49,305 nucleotides of DNA from Chiloscyllium plagiosum (GCF_004010195.1 NC_057718.1:79551721-79601025), one strand, 5' to 3'; numbered from the stretch's first letter, positions 24,140 to 36,660 are shown. The notes: generated by a model not told the origin, from the letters alone. Program-made: numbers and translations.

Positions 24140-26000
24140 TATAGTTTCCACTCTGGGAATATCACTAACCATCTCATGTTAGTGTTGCTGTTACTCCTCT
24201 GGAGCAGTAGAAATACAAAAGGGCATAAACTACTCACTGCATCATCAGAAGGGTATGCAGAATGTAGTTAAAAAGCTGCTTCTTCTATCCAGCTTCACTT
24301 GCCAGGAACCATCCTTTTCATCTAGGGCAGTAAATACTTCTTGCAGTTTATGACAAAATTCTTTAGCTGCTTTGCATGGGGTAGTGAGATCTCTTGAGAG
24401 CTTTATTTATACCCTTTGGGTCAATGCATACTCTCAGTCTTCCAGGTTGTCTCACCATCACCATGTGGCTAATTCATTCTGGAGAAGTTGTCACTTTTTT
24501 GACTTGTTGCTACTTTTCCAGCTCTTCTAACTTTTCTTTCAGGCTGGCCTTGATAGACTGCAAATTTCCTTCAAAGATGCTAAACTGGCCTTACACTTTC
24601 TTCTACTTTGAGTTGTCAATTTCCAGTTGGCATGTTGAGGGCTCCCAGTTCAAACTATTGACTTTCACTGGCTGAGATGAAAGGCTTTCCTTGCTGCTTA
24701 GATTTACAGCTCTAGATCTTTGTTCATGTCAGTACACTGGCTCTTGGAGAAATTTGTCCTCTTAGCATAATTCTAGTTCCTTGATAACGCTTCAATCTAA
24801 TTTATAGGCAGTTCATTTTTGATTTACATGTTAAGCCAATTGACACAAGTCTATAAACACATCCTAATATTGCATGACGGCACCAGTGTTCATCTGACTT
24901 GATGTTCTTCTTCTGTAGTCCACATTTCAATAATCACCTATCACCTCTCGACCTAACTAATCTAACCTGCTGTAAAGTATAAAGTGATGTCAGAATCTTC
25001 AGGTGGTAGCTCTCTGGTGCACATTTGAACTTGTTTGTTGCACTTCCTTCTAAACCATAAACCAAAATGATTCAGCTTCTAACCACAGGAACACTCTTCT
25101 CCTTGCATCTGGTTCTTTGTCTATGACTTTTCTGTCCTTTGGGCCTGGAGCAACTATCAGGGATATGCAAAGCCTATGTTCTGCCAGAAATATGCTCTAG
25201 CTGATGATTTACAACCTTAGAGTTTCTGTACATGTCAACTGCTTTCCTGAGAGTTAAGTTTCTCCTCTTTCAGAGATGCACTCTCTGTGGGATTTCTTAT
25301 GCTCAATACAAGCCTTTGTTTAATTAGATAATCTTTTAGTTCTACAAATTCACAGGATTCTGTGAGCTAAGTCAGTAAAGTCACATATTGATCCATTGAC
25401 CTTTTTTCATCTTAGGCCCTAATACTGAACATGTATCATTCGCAAGTTGCATACACTTTGGATTCAAAACATGCCTTCGACGCCTTTAAAAATTTCTCCG
25501 CTCTTCACAGAGTTTAGGATGGATTACACTTTGAAAGTCTGTTCACAACAGTGACTGGAGCATAGCTACTCTTAGCTATGCAGGCATATTAAACAAATCT
25601 GACATTATTTTATAATCTTGTCATTGCGAATGGAAAAGGAGCCAGTTTTGCTTCATTTTGAACGTAGCTGGGAGAGGTAACATTTCAGTTGTGTGTTATC
25701 CAAAGTTCTAACTGTGACTTGTTTCTTCATTTATATTCAGCTCTATTCAGTTGCTTTGAGCACTTTCACAGCTTTGAACGTTCTTTTTTATTTGTCAGCA
25801 GCTATCCATTTTTATTAGACAGCTCTTCAACATTCAATCTCAGCTTCACTTCTGACATGATGTTCTGTGCTCACAAGACAGCAATCTGGCGTGTGCAGTC
25901 TTTATTAAAGTGCTTACAAGATGGCTGCCTTCAGCGCATGTGCCTCATAGTAGAAGTCTTATGACTGCAGCAGACAAAGAATATCATTTGTATATGAGTA
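24140..26000 (-). mobile_element. Decayed Ty3/gypsy LTR retrotransposon (gag-PR-RT part, Mag-like)
   Basis: Minus strand: PBS-like ACATCATGTCAGAAGTG at about 25847-25863; gag SMDQYVTLL..LTESCEF.ELKDYLIKQRLVLSI (about 25300-25400); protease-like QMNTGA (about 24880-24897); RT VFTALDEKDGSWQVKLD...LTTFCIPF...MPFCISTAPEE (24190-24340). Confidence 0.75.
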
Positions 26001-26159
26001 TGTTTCAATCTAAACATCCTGAGTGGTTTCAGAATGAAGTCCAACATCCTATGGCCTAGGCAGCTGAAGGATGGCCCCAATGGTTGGTGATAGGTATCAA
26101 GGAGGCAGCAAAAGCCAGAATTGGAGGAACACTAGGCTTTTGGATGGCTACAGAGTCAA

Positions 26160-26580
26160 GTTTAGGATTAGGATTAAGCCATTCAGCCCCTTGAATCTAT
26201 TACACCATACAGTTAGATCATTTTTCATTGGTAATTTTAACTCTATTTACTTGCTGCTGTTCTGTCGGGATGACCTTGCCTAAAACAAATCAATCAATCT
26301 CAGTTTTGAAATGTTCAACTGGCCAGCCTCAACAACTTATCTGGGAGGAGAATTCCAGACTTCAATTATACTTTGTGTGAAAAAGAGCTCCCAGACATTG
26401 CTCCTGAATGGTCTGCATATAACCTGAAGGCTTTTGCCTCCCTTCTTTGTATTCTTCTTAACTATCCATCCATCTAACCACCTTATTCTCAATTAGATCA
26501 CCTTTTCATTTTCTATTATCAAGGGATTACAAGTTTAGACTATGAAACTAATCTTCACGATTTAACCCTCTTAGTTCAAG
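26160..26580 (-). mobile_element. Old CR1-clade LINE 3' end
   Basis: GCCATTCAGCCCCTTGA..., AATCTCAGTTTTGAAATGTTCAA, GAGAATTCCAGA pattern shared with other minus-strand CR1 tails. Confidence 0.6.
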
Positions 26581-27970
26581 TTTCCAAGACATAAAAACTA
26601 ATTAAAATTGTATTAAGAATGATGAAAAGATCAAGAGAATAATTCATGAAAAGTTATGAGGTAAATATCAATTTAAATCATGGCTGTAACAGTTGAATGA
26701 TTTCTGAAATTGTATTTCCACATCACTCAGACTTAGATGCACCAGTGCCTTTTATCCCAATGCTGATTTCTAGAATTATGTGATGCAGTATTGTGGGTAA
26801 TATTAATACTCACTAACTCCTCTATCTGATACCAAAGTCTGCAGTTCAGAATATTGAGACCATTTTCTGCCGACAAACACTATTGAGTGTTTTTTATGCA
26901 ACATTGCTTGTAATGTCAATTGCTTTGATCAAAATGAGATCTAATCAGCTTGAAAAAATTGCACAGATGCTCATTAAGTAAGCGTTCAAACTCGAGATAG
27001 AGATGTGTGCTCTCAGACAAGGCAAACAAGAGGTCAAGAAGCAACTGTTTCTTAGTCTCTATCTGCCACAGTTTATTAGTCTTCTTGTCTTCCAGACATT
27101 GGTGATTAAAGAGAAACATCTCTTATCTTAGCTAACACAAGTAACATATGACAGCTTGACACCTCACAGAAGTCATTTCAGTACTACATTCCATTTACTT
27201 ATTGATAACAAATTCTTGACTGAAGATATATGAATACTCATGGAATCTTTTTCAAAAAGATGATTTCATGAATATATTTATGTTAATGATAATGCCTTTT
27301 AAAGAACATTTCACATAGTTTTGAAATAGAAGTTAGCACAATGATCTAGCTGGTGATCAATCCTGCATTTTCAACCGTGGCTGTGATAAAACTTGAAGGG
27401 AGTTAGAAGTTTTAATTTTAAAAACTGCAAGTGCTGTTTATATTGATTTGGAAAAATATATTTCATGCTTTAACCTATCCAATACATAGCCATGAGGCAC
27501 AGTAGACCATTAATGACAATGCCAGAATTATATTCAATCACAATCTGTAACCTCACAGCTGAGCATATGCTTCATTCCACCATCATCATCAAGTCAGGAG
27601 CTCAAACTGGGTTCAATTCAGGGCATGCCAGGAACAGCATCAGTCATTCCTAAAAGTGAGATGCCAACCCGGTAAAACTGTAATACAGGACTACTAACAT
27701 GCCAAATGGTGAAACCAACATGAGGTAGACAGGACATTTCAATCCAACAACCCTCAAATCAGATCTAAGTTCTTCAGCCCTGCCCTCTCCAATCACGGAT
27801 TGTGGTGGACAATTATACCTGTAACAGGAGGAGAAGGCTCCACAAATATCCCTATCCTCAATGATGTGAGAGCCCAACACATCAGTGCGAAAGGGAAGAT
27901 TGACGCATTTGTTTTTATCTTAAACCATAAAGGCTGAGTGAATGATCCAATGTGGTCTCTTCCTGAGGTT

Positions 27971-28221
27971 AGGAGAAAGTGAAAATTGCAGATGCTGGAG
28001 ATCAGAGTCAAAAGCACAGCAGGTCAGGCAGCATCCAAGGAGCAGGAGAGTCACATTCCTGATGAAGGGATTATGCCTGAAACGTCGACTTTCCTGCTCC
28101 TCGGATGCTGCCTGACCTGCTGTGCTTTTCTAGTGCCACACGTTTGATTCTGATCTCCAGCATCTGCAATCTTCACTTTCTCCTAACTTCAGGAAGAGAC
28201 CAAATTGGATCCAGCACCACA
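27971..28221. mobile_element. Head-to-head pseudo-LTR pair (family B) with hammerhead motif and inverted copy of target DNA
   Basis: Arms at 27971-28052 and 28087-28184; CTGATGA at 28059, GAAACGTC at 28079-28086; 14-bp direct repeat CTCTTCCTGAGGTT at 27957-27970 and 28222-28235. Confidence 0.88.
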
Positions 28222-28290
28222 CTCTTCCTGAGGTTCTCTACATTGCTGGTCTTGAACCAATTTAATTCACTTTACAATAACAATGCAGAG

Positions 28291-28525
28291 TCAAGATTAG
28301 AGTGGTGCTGGAAAAGTGGTGCAGGTCAGGCAGCATCTGAGGAGCAGTAAATCACTTTCCAGGCAAAAGCCCTTCATCAGGAATGATGCTCATTCCTAAT
28401 GAAGGGCTTTTGCCCGAAACATCAATTTTCCTGCTCCTTGCTTGCTGCCTGACCTGCTGTGCTTTTCCAGCACAACTTTAATCTTGACTCTAATCTCCAG
28501 CATCTGCAGTACCCACCTCCGCCTG
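28291..28525. mobile_element. Head-to-head pseudo-LTR pair (family B), each arm with a mutated hammerhead motif
   Basis: Plus arm CTAATGA-AGGGC TTTT GCCC-GAAAC-ATC (28396-28423); minus arm CTGATGA-AGGGCTTTTGCCTG-GAAAG; exact 14-bp duplication ATAACAATGCAGAG at 28277-28290 and 28526-28539. Confidence 0.88.
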
Positions 28526-28764
28526 ATAACAATGCAGAGCTGAAGATAGCGGATACTGAAAAGGTTATGGGTCCTGACAACATTCTGATAACAGTACTGT
28601 AGACTCGCGCCCAGAATGAGCCATAACTGTAGCCAAGCCAAGCTCTGCTCCAACTACAGCTACCTGTCAATGTGGACACAAAAAACCAAATAAATCTAAC
28701 TTGACAATTAACACCCTATCAGTCTACATCAGCAGAGTGGTGGGACCAACAGTGCAATCTGATC

Positions 28765-29023
28765 ACAAAAAGGACTTAAGGGGCAACTTTTTCACACAGA
28801 GGTGGTGCATGAATGGAATAAACTGCCAGACAAAGTGGTGGAGGCTGGTACAATTGCAAAACTTCAAAGGCAACTGGATGGGTACATGAAAAGGAAAGAT
28901 TTAAACAGATATGAGCCAAATGCTGACAAATGGGACTAAATTAATTAAGATATCTGTTTGTCATAGATGAGTTGGACTACTGGGTTTATTTCTGTGCTGT
29001 ACATCTCTATGTCTCTGACTCTA
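28765..29023 (+). mobile_element. CR1-clade LINE 3' end
   Basis: KKDLRGNFFTQR in ORF 28701-28889; tail GTGCTGTACATCTCTATGTCTCTGACTCTA. Confidence 0.8.
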
Positions 29024-29082
29024 AAAGCTCAGTTTGGATTTGACCAGGACTACTCACCACCTGATCTCATTACAGCCTTCGA

Positions 29083-29312
29083 CAAAAAAAAAGAACTGCA
29101 GATGCTGGAAATCAGAAGCAAAAGCATAAACAGAAATTGCTGGAAATATTCAACAGGTCTGGCAGCATCTGTGGAGAGAAATCAGAGTTAACGCTTTGGG
29201 GGAGTCCAGTGATCCTTCTTCAGAACACTTCAGAAACATTAACTGTGCTTTCTCTCCACAGAAACTGCCAGACCTGCTGCATTTTCCCAGCAAATTCTGT
29301 TTTGTTTTTGCT
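29083..29312. mobile_element. Head-to-head pseudo-LTR pair (family C)
   Basis: Left arm is the reverse complement of the right arm; minus arm starts GTT-CTGAAGA-AGGATC; flanks TCTCATTACAGCCTT (29065-29079) and TCTCATTACTGCCTT (29313-29327). Confidence 0.85.
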
Positions 29313-30144
29313 TCTCATTACTGCCTTGGCCCGAGCACAAACAAAAGAGTAGAACTCCAGAAGTAGGTGATAACGATTACCTGTGATATCAAGGTCACAT
29401 TTGACAGAAAATAGCATCTAGCATTGATTGATCAGTAGGGGATATCAAGTTTTTATGGGGAAAAAACAGGAAAGTAGATGTAAGGATGTCAGATCAGCCA
29501 TGACCATATTCAATGGTGCAGCAGGCGGAAAAGGCGGAATGGCATACACCTTTCTATTTCTTCTGGTCTTATGGTGTAAGAGAACTGGGAAAACTCAAGT
29601 CAATGGTAATTGGGGAGAAACTCTCTACCGTTTGATCCTGTCCACAATATTATGATCCTATCTGATGTTACTACTGAACAATCCTGGCCAAGATGACGGC
29701 ATCCAAGGCAGTGGGCTTTCTGCAACAGAATCAAATGGTTGCTGAACCCCTGCCTGAGTTTCTCTGGTGTCCGAAGGAAAGGTGGTGGGTGGGGTTGTGG
29801 TGTTGGTGAGCCTGTGCCCGTGGGTTCACGGAGAACCAGGAACTTTGCTGCTGATCTTACTGTAGTCTGTGGGATCCTGAGGAGGATAGATGTTTGCATT
29901 CGCTGAGGGGGCCATTGTGTAGAATAAGGTGATAGTGGTTTGAAACCAACTTGAGAAGGAATTTATTCCAAGGCAAGTGCATGTGTAGGATTGTCAACCT
30001 CAGAGTGTTATGAAGAGGAAGGAGGTAGATAGATCTCTTAAATATCAAGGAGGCAAAGAGCTGGCACAAAAGAGGAGTTGAGGACTGTGCACATGAACCA
30101 TGAGTTTATAGGATGGCAGGGCAAGGGAGATGAAATTTATTGTT

Positions 30145-30335
30145 GGCACGGTGGATCAATGGTTAGCACTACTGCCTCACAATGCCAGGGACCTGGATTG
30201 GATTCTACTCTCAGGTGAGGGTTTAGTGTGATATGCTGGCAAATGGGACTAGATTTACATAGGATATCTGGCCAGCAATGGATGAGTTGGACCAAAGGGT
30301 CTGCTTCCGTGCTACATATCTCTATATCTCTATGA
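30145..30335 (+). mobile_element. SINE tRNA head abutting a CR1 3' tail
   Basis: GGCACGGTGGATCAATGGTTAGCACT...CAGGTGA followed directly by a CR1 3' end ending CTCTATATCTCTATGA; no V-domain. Confidence 0.7.
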
Positions 30336-33300
30336 AATATGGCTTGATAGTTGTTTTTAATTTAATGAGGTGATTTTTCACTGAAACTCAATGCTGTAAG
30401 TTTGGTTTTAATAATAAAACAGAAGTCTGTTACTCAAAACAAATGAAAACAAAAAAGAAAGGACCAAATTATTTATAGATAGCACAACTTAAAAAATTTT
30501 GAAACACATGGCAGAATACAATCACAGCTATTCCACCACTTTACAGTACTCAAATACTAGAGAAAATTTACTTCTCCATTACATCTGTAGATTTGACTTA
30601 AATGTTTATTTGAAGTACTGGTCTTGGAAGTTTGATAGCTTTTTCCTTAATTAAATACACAACTGAGCTTAAACTTGCTTAGTTTTGCATTACCTCTTCA
30701 AGTTTCTAATCAAGAACTCTGGTCCAGAATTTTTAAACTAAAACCCTAACACTGAGGTAACCTATTTCCTTTCTGTTCTCAGCCACTTTTTAAATAAGTT
30801 ATTGCATCACAGCAATGTGGTCTCAATAAAACATGTGCTATAACATTTTCTTTTACAGGCATAGAAATGCTTTCAACTTATATGGTTAGAGAATTAAACT
30901 CCACCAAAACAATTGTAGATACTTGTCTTGAAATTTGTCTAGCAGAATCAAAGGATTGTAATCTGTGTGAACAACAGTTTCATTCATATTATTTGAAAAT
31001 GTAAATTTCAACATAATGTATAGCAAACATAAGACTTAATGCCTCCTTCTCAACCGCTGAAATTATTTGTTGATATATAGTCAGTTTCTTTGAGAAATAA
31101 CTCATGGCTATATGGTCTCCAGCTCATCATCATGGAGTAAAGCAGCCCTCACATTGATGTTGCTGCCATTAACATGGCTTCTCACAATTCAGTGCAGCTA
31201 AGACCTGTGGGGTTGTCAGCAGAACTTTCAAATTGTCAAAGGCACCATGACATTCTTGAGTCCATTCAGATTTTCTGCCTTTCTTCAACAAATCCGTTAA
31301 AGATGCCATGTAAGTGCTGAAGTTCAGAACAAATTTCTTATAGAATCCACTCATACCAAATAACAAAATTCATGTTTTGTGCTCGGTATGTGAAAATTCA
31401 AAATAGCCTTGCTATCATTTCTCTAAGTGCTTCTTGGCCTTGTCCCACAATGTTGCCCAAATAAGTAACTTATGCTTTCGTGAATTCACTCTTAGCTACA
31501 CTTATAACCAAATTTTCAAGGCAATCAAATAATTCAGTTGAAAGGAGTAAATGTTCATCCCAGGTTTGCCTGCAAACAACAAAAATATTCATCATCTTTC
31601 ACTGAATTTATTAGTTAATCGTTAGAATGTTACTGGTGCATTTTTCATGCCAAACGTTGTCAAAGTCCATCTGGTATAACAATAGCTGATATTTCTCTGG
31701 ACCTATCAGTCAACAGAATTTGCCTATATTCCTTTAGTAAATTGATTATGAAGATCAATCTACATGTCCAATTTGTTCAATGCTGTCCTCCAATTCTGGG
31801 ATAGGACATAAGTTTGCATTTATTACCATTCTGACTGCAACAATCAATACAGAATATCTGTGAGCCACTTAGTTTTGGAAACGTTACACTAGATGACCTC
31901 AGCTATTAGGATTTGGTTCAATATGCCATCGTCCATCAGGAATCTCTACCCTGATTTGACTTAATCTCTCTGGATTCTGTATGTAAGATTTATAAGTAAC
32001 ATATCTCCCAAATTAACATCATGAACAGTAATTTTTCCTGACCTATTCACAAAATCAATTTATGATTCTATAATAGCCTTGTAAGTCCCTTTGATAGTTG
32101 TTTGGAAAAAAAAACTATTCTAATTGTTTACTCATCTCTGTATAATCCAATCTGATTTCTGGAGGGACAACATAAGAATTTTCAATTCTGATTCATTCCC
32201 CAAATATTCTGATATTTTTGTTTCACTTGCTACTTCTTTCACTACCATAAATACACTTTTCTCCTACTGTCCCTGTGATACTATCTCTTTGACACGTTAA
32301 CATGACACATTCGCTGATTTTTTCTCCTATTGGAGTACTCACTGCATAATTGATATCTGTATTCCCTTTTTATTTGATAAAGTCATATCTTTGCTTTTGA
32401 TGGATCTCTAGTGACAGGTAACAACACTAACACATTGTTTCCAGCAACAAAATTTTGAACTTGGCTTTCTTTATCTGCTCTCATTTTCATTGGATGTCAA
32501 TCATCCTTCAAATAGTTGGTGGCCAGCTCACACGCTTCAGTCAGTTTCTCTCTGAAACATGAACCATTTTTGAAAGCACACTATCTGAGATCCAATTTAT
32601 CATTTTTCTTCATAATCAATTTAAGTCACCCTTTCCCCTCACGTCCATATCTTAGTTGAAGTGCACTACCTCATGCAGACTCATTGGGAGTTTTCCTGAT
32701 GGCAAATAGTAACAAAAGATTTCCTTTATCACAATCATTAGGACATTCTTGACAATAAGCTCAAATTAATGTTTTCAAAGTTTGACGCCATATTTTCAAA
32801 GCTATTTGAGTTTGTGGGTGATAAGCAGAAGATATAAATTGTTTTATTCCTAAGTTAGTCATATTTCTTTCAATATTCACAACATACAATCTTGATCTAA
32901 TTCTCTCTCGTTGGGTAATTAATATCTTACAAAAAGTCGTATTTTTCTTTGTGTAATCTCTAGCTTATAAAAAATTGACTTAACTTTTCCACCATCATTT
33001 TTTTCAGTCATTTTTGCTCAAGGCATTGCTTCAGGAAATTTTGTGGAAACATCTATAATTGTTAAAAAACATTGATATCTATTCCTTGTTCAGGAGACTT
33101 ACACAATCTATTAAGACACTGCTAAATGGTTCTTCAAAGCTGGTATCAGAATTTTTTTAAAATTCTATTTCTGGCAAAATTTAACCACATCTTTATGCAA
33201 ACTCACCCAATAAAATGTTTGAATATTTTAACCCATGTTTTCCTAATACCAAAGTGACTTGCATTGGAATTTCATGTGACATTTGTCAAAAGTCATGGCA

Positions 33301-33720
33301 ATACTCAGTTGGCACCACCACCCATTTCTCATTGGTTGGTAATTGAGATGATCTCCATTTCCTTATTAGTATTCTGTTTTTTCAAATAATAACACTCAGG
33401 TTCTTTTTTACTCAATCTCTGAGTAGGCTGCTTGGTTATAACTCTTTTCATTTGAATCTATTTGTTGCAACTCTATTGTCTTTATATTCATCCTTTTTAA
33501 TTTATTTTTGAAAATTATATCTGATAATTGAATTTTCAAATCTTCTCCCTGTTTAATGATCCCTCTTCTTCCTGTCTAATTCTATGGTCTGAGATCCAGT
33601 TAAAGCACAGTAAGGAAATAAAACAGGATACTCCTTCTGTAACATTTAAATCCATTTTGCCTCCACTAGTTGTTTCACCACTATTGGTAAGTATTCTTAA
33701 ACTGTCAGGTCATTTCCTAA

Positions 33721-34001
33721 AGTGGCTCAGTAGTTAGCATTACTGCCTCACAGCACTAGGGACTTGGGTTCGATTCCAGCCTTGGATAATTGTCTGTATA
33801 GCGTTTGCACACTCTCCCAGTGTCTGTGTGGCTTTCCTCCCAAGATGTGTAGGTTAGGTGAATTGGCCATGCTAAATTGCCCATAGTGTTAGGTGCATTA
33901 GTTGGAGGGAAATGGGTCTTGGTGGGTTACTCTTTGGAGGGTCAGTGTGGACTTGTTGTCCAAAGGGCCTGTTTCCACACTGTAGGGAATCTAATCTAAT
34001 T
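33721..34001 (+). mobile_element. HE1-type V-SINE inserted in the Gmr1-like element
   Basis: tRNA head, partial V-domain, (AATCT)n tail. Confidence 0.9.
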
Positions 34002-34519
34002 CTGCAAGAATTTATTTTGCCAGTCTCACCACAGCATTTCCATTTACTGAATTACTCTTTAATCCAAATCTGCATAGTGAGACCGGTTTGTAACTTCCAC
34101 GCATACATCCAAATAATATTTTCTCCTTCATTAATCCCTCTGGAAAACAATAGTGTCATGAGCCAGCACCAGTGACCTACTTGCTCAAGTGTCTCTGAAT
34201 ATTTTTACTCGATTACCGCCTGGTTCAAAGCATAAGGAAGTACCTCACCTTTTGAGATAAAATACTCAGAACCTCCAGTAGTCTGGTTCACCTTGTCAAA
34301 AAAGAATTCTCATCCCTCCCTTCTTAGTACATTCTAAGGCAGCATGTTCTCTTTGTGCTGCAGTTATCTCCTTCTCTGATGTAATATTTTGTGAATGTTC
34401 CTTAGACATTCCTATGACAATTGATCTCCCATTTAACTTCCAGCAAGTGGCTTTGGTATGTCCAGCCTTATTACAATGGAACTATGTTGTTTCTTTATAT
34501 TACTTTATATTAGTGAGAT

Positions 34520-34656
34520 TTAAACAATCCTTGGATAAGCACATGATGATGGGATAGTGTAGGGGGGGGCGAGCTGAGAATAGTTCACAGGTCGGCGCAA
34601 CATCGAGGGCCGAAGGGCCTGTTCTGCGCTGTATTGTTTTATGTTCTATGTTCCAT
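34520..34656 (+). mobile_element. Short, CpG-retaining CR1-clade 3' end inserted in gag
   Basis: GGTCGGCGCAACATCGAGGGCCGAAGGGCCTGTTCTGCGCTGTATTGTTTTATGTTCTATG. Confidence 0.75.
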
Positions 34657-35170
34657 GTACTGAATGGTTCTAATTTTTCTCATTTGCTACTTTACCATCC
34701 TTCGAGTTGTTCTGTAAAACTAGTATGTCTTCCTTCCACAGGTTGTCTATTCCTCTAATTGCCCTGTGGATTTTGATATGACCATGTTGCCACTTGTAAT
34801 CAAGTGTGTGAGATATCATAGGCAACTGCTAGAAATTTTGAAGATACATGCTCATCTAAATAGGTTTATAAGTTTGCAGGATTGTTGTTTCTGAATTCTT
34901 CCATGAACATAAGTTCCCTTATATTTTCAAATGTTTACTATAGGTTGAGTGATCTCAACCACTGATCAGATTTTTTTACTTTAGCCCTAAATTTTAATTG
35001 ACAGGCTTAATTAAGGCACAAGCTGATTAGTATTCAGCATTACCTGTTTTGGCAGTTTCATACTCTGCAGCTTGCTCTTCTAACAAATTAGCATACACTG
35101 TCAAAGATGTACATGTGAAAACGCTCTGTAATGTTAACAAACACCTTTTGGCCAGTTTATCTGTTTGGCT

Positions 35171-35746
35171 TGTTATGGGTCAGGCCAGACTCCCTCAAAA
35201 CATTTCAAGAGTGTATTCATGGAGTGATGCAGATGGTCAAACCACATAGTTTTGAACAAAACAGAATTTATTTACAAGATTACCAAATGAAATACAAGCA
35301 AAAGAGAACAGAATATAGAATATCTCAACCTATCCAAAAACCCATCAGATTACCCCAACTTAATGATGCTGTTCCAAATACTTGCAACCATCCCCATAAA
35401 CAACCTTTGGCACAAAAGGCAAAATCAAACACAGGGTCTTACAGGAGAGATGTCAGGGAGGATCAACATTGATCTGCTTCTTTAGGTCCAGCAGCTTCAA
35501 ATTCTGCTTGCTAAAACAAAACAAAACCAAACCAGAGAAAAGCTGAGCTGAGCCACATCCCTTTCATTGGACAAGTGATTTTTTAAAATTTGAAAGCCTT
35601 TTTGTCTGAGGCAGTATCTGTTAGCTATAATCAAATTGTCCCTAAACCCCTTCAAACCTAGACCTTTCGGAATTATGGCTTTTACAACGTCTCTGAAGAA
35701 AAAGCCAAGGACAACATAACCTTGTTAAAGGAGCAGCATCGTCACA
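35171..35746 (-). mobile_element. Solo LTR inserted in the Gmr1-like gag
   Basis: Ends TGTTA...TCACA; flanks GGCT/AGCT (3/4); AATAAA on the minus strand at about 35277-35282; gag reading frame continues across it. Confidence 0.75.
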
Positions 35747-35804
35747 AGCTACTTTCTCCAATGAGGCAAAAAAAACCTTTGACATCCTTCTCAGTAAACT
35801 TAGG

Positions 35805-36548
35805 CAAGCAACATTTGTGTCACACAAGTACCAGGCAATGATCATCTTAAATAAGGGAGAATTGACCTATTATTCCACTTTCTCCCATTATTCCTTGATG
35901 TTCAGTGGAAATATCATAGTTGAATTTTGCCACTATCGACATGATGGGAGATGCTATATGCCTGAAATTAAACTGGAATGACCATATAAATACTGTAGCT
36001 GCAAAATCAGGTTTGAATATCTGTGCCAAGTAACCCACCTCTTTTTTTCTCCAAAGCCTGTCCAACCTTTACAAAGCATACTCAGGTGTGTGATGGAATA
36101 CTTACCACTAGCCTAGATAAATGTAGTTCCAACAATAGTCAAGAAACTCAACATCATCCAGGATAAAGCATCTTACTTGAATAGGCCATCCATCCCCCAC
36201 CTTCAACATTAATTCCCTTGTATCATCCATAAGATGCATTGCAGTAACTCACCAGGCTTTCTTCGGTGACACCTTCCAAAATGCAACGTCTGCTATCCAT
36301 TGGAACACCATGACCTGCAAGTTTCCTGTTCCCAATCCACACATTGTTCTGACTTGGAATTATACTGCTGTTGCATCACAGTTTCTTGTCACTATCCTGG
36401 AACTCCCTTTCTAACAACATTAGGGATGTCCCTACAACCGAAGGACTTCAGTGTTTCATGAAGGCAGTTCATCATCACATTTTCAAAGGCAATTGGGAAG
36501 AGATAATTTTGGCTAAGCTAGCAACACCCAAACTGCATGAATAAAGAA
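35805..36548 (+). mobile_element. LINE 3' fragment, same family as 37860-41558
   Basis: Colinear with about 40780-41558; ends GCATGAATAAAGAAAA. Confidence 0.8.
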
Positions 36549-36660
36549 AATCAACTGAAGAATGTAAAGCTAAATTAACTTCAATGTGAAGAACTGTTAT
36601 GAAGTCACCTGTAGTCCATAAAACGTTAGCACCAGCTCTTTCACCATTAGGAGGTGCTTT

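Larger units (their letters stand above)
27545..29640 (+). mobile_element. Fragmented LINE, same family as 37860-41558, hosting three pseudo-LTR insertions and CR1 tails
   Basis: Colinear with about 39440-40520 (e.g. GGAGGAGAAGGCTCCACAAATATCCC, AAGGTTATGGGTCCTGACAACATTCTG, AAAAGAGTAGAACTCCAGA). Confidence 0.8.
30800..35805 (-). mobile_element. Decayed Gmr1-like Ty3/gypsy retrotransposon (gag-[PR]-INT-RT-RNH order)
   Basis: Minus strand, high to low: gag PKFTEKDV..FFASLEKVA/KQINWPK; zinc knuckle FHCNKAGHTKATCW (about 34440-34482); integrase FEEPFSSVLIDCV, TIIDVSTKFPEAMP, SSAYHPQTQ (32770-33140); RT PIPELEDSIEQIG, FGMKNAPVTF (31620-31810); connection GMSGFYKKFVLNFS (ORF 31169-31366); RNase H YFSKKL...VEKEALSL (31030-31100). 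Confidence 0.85.
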
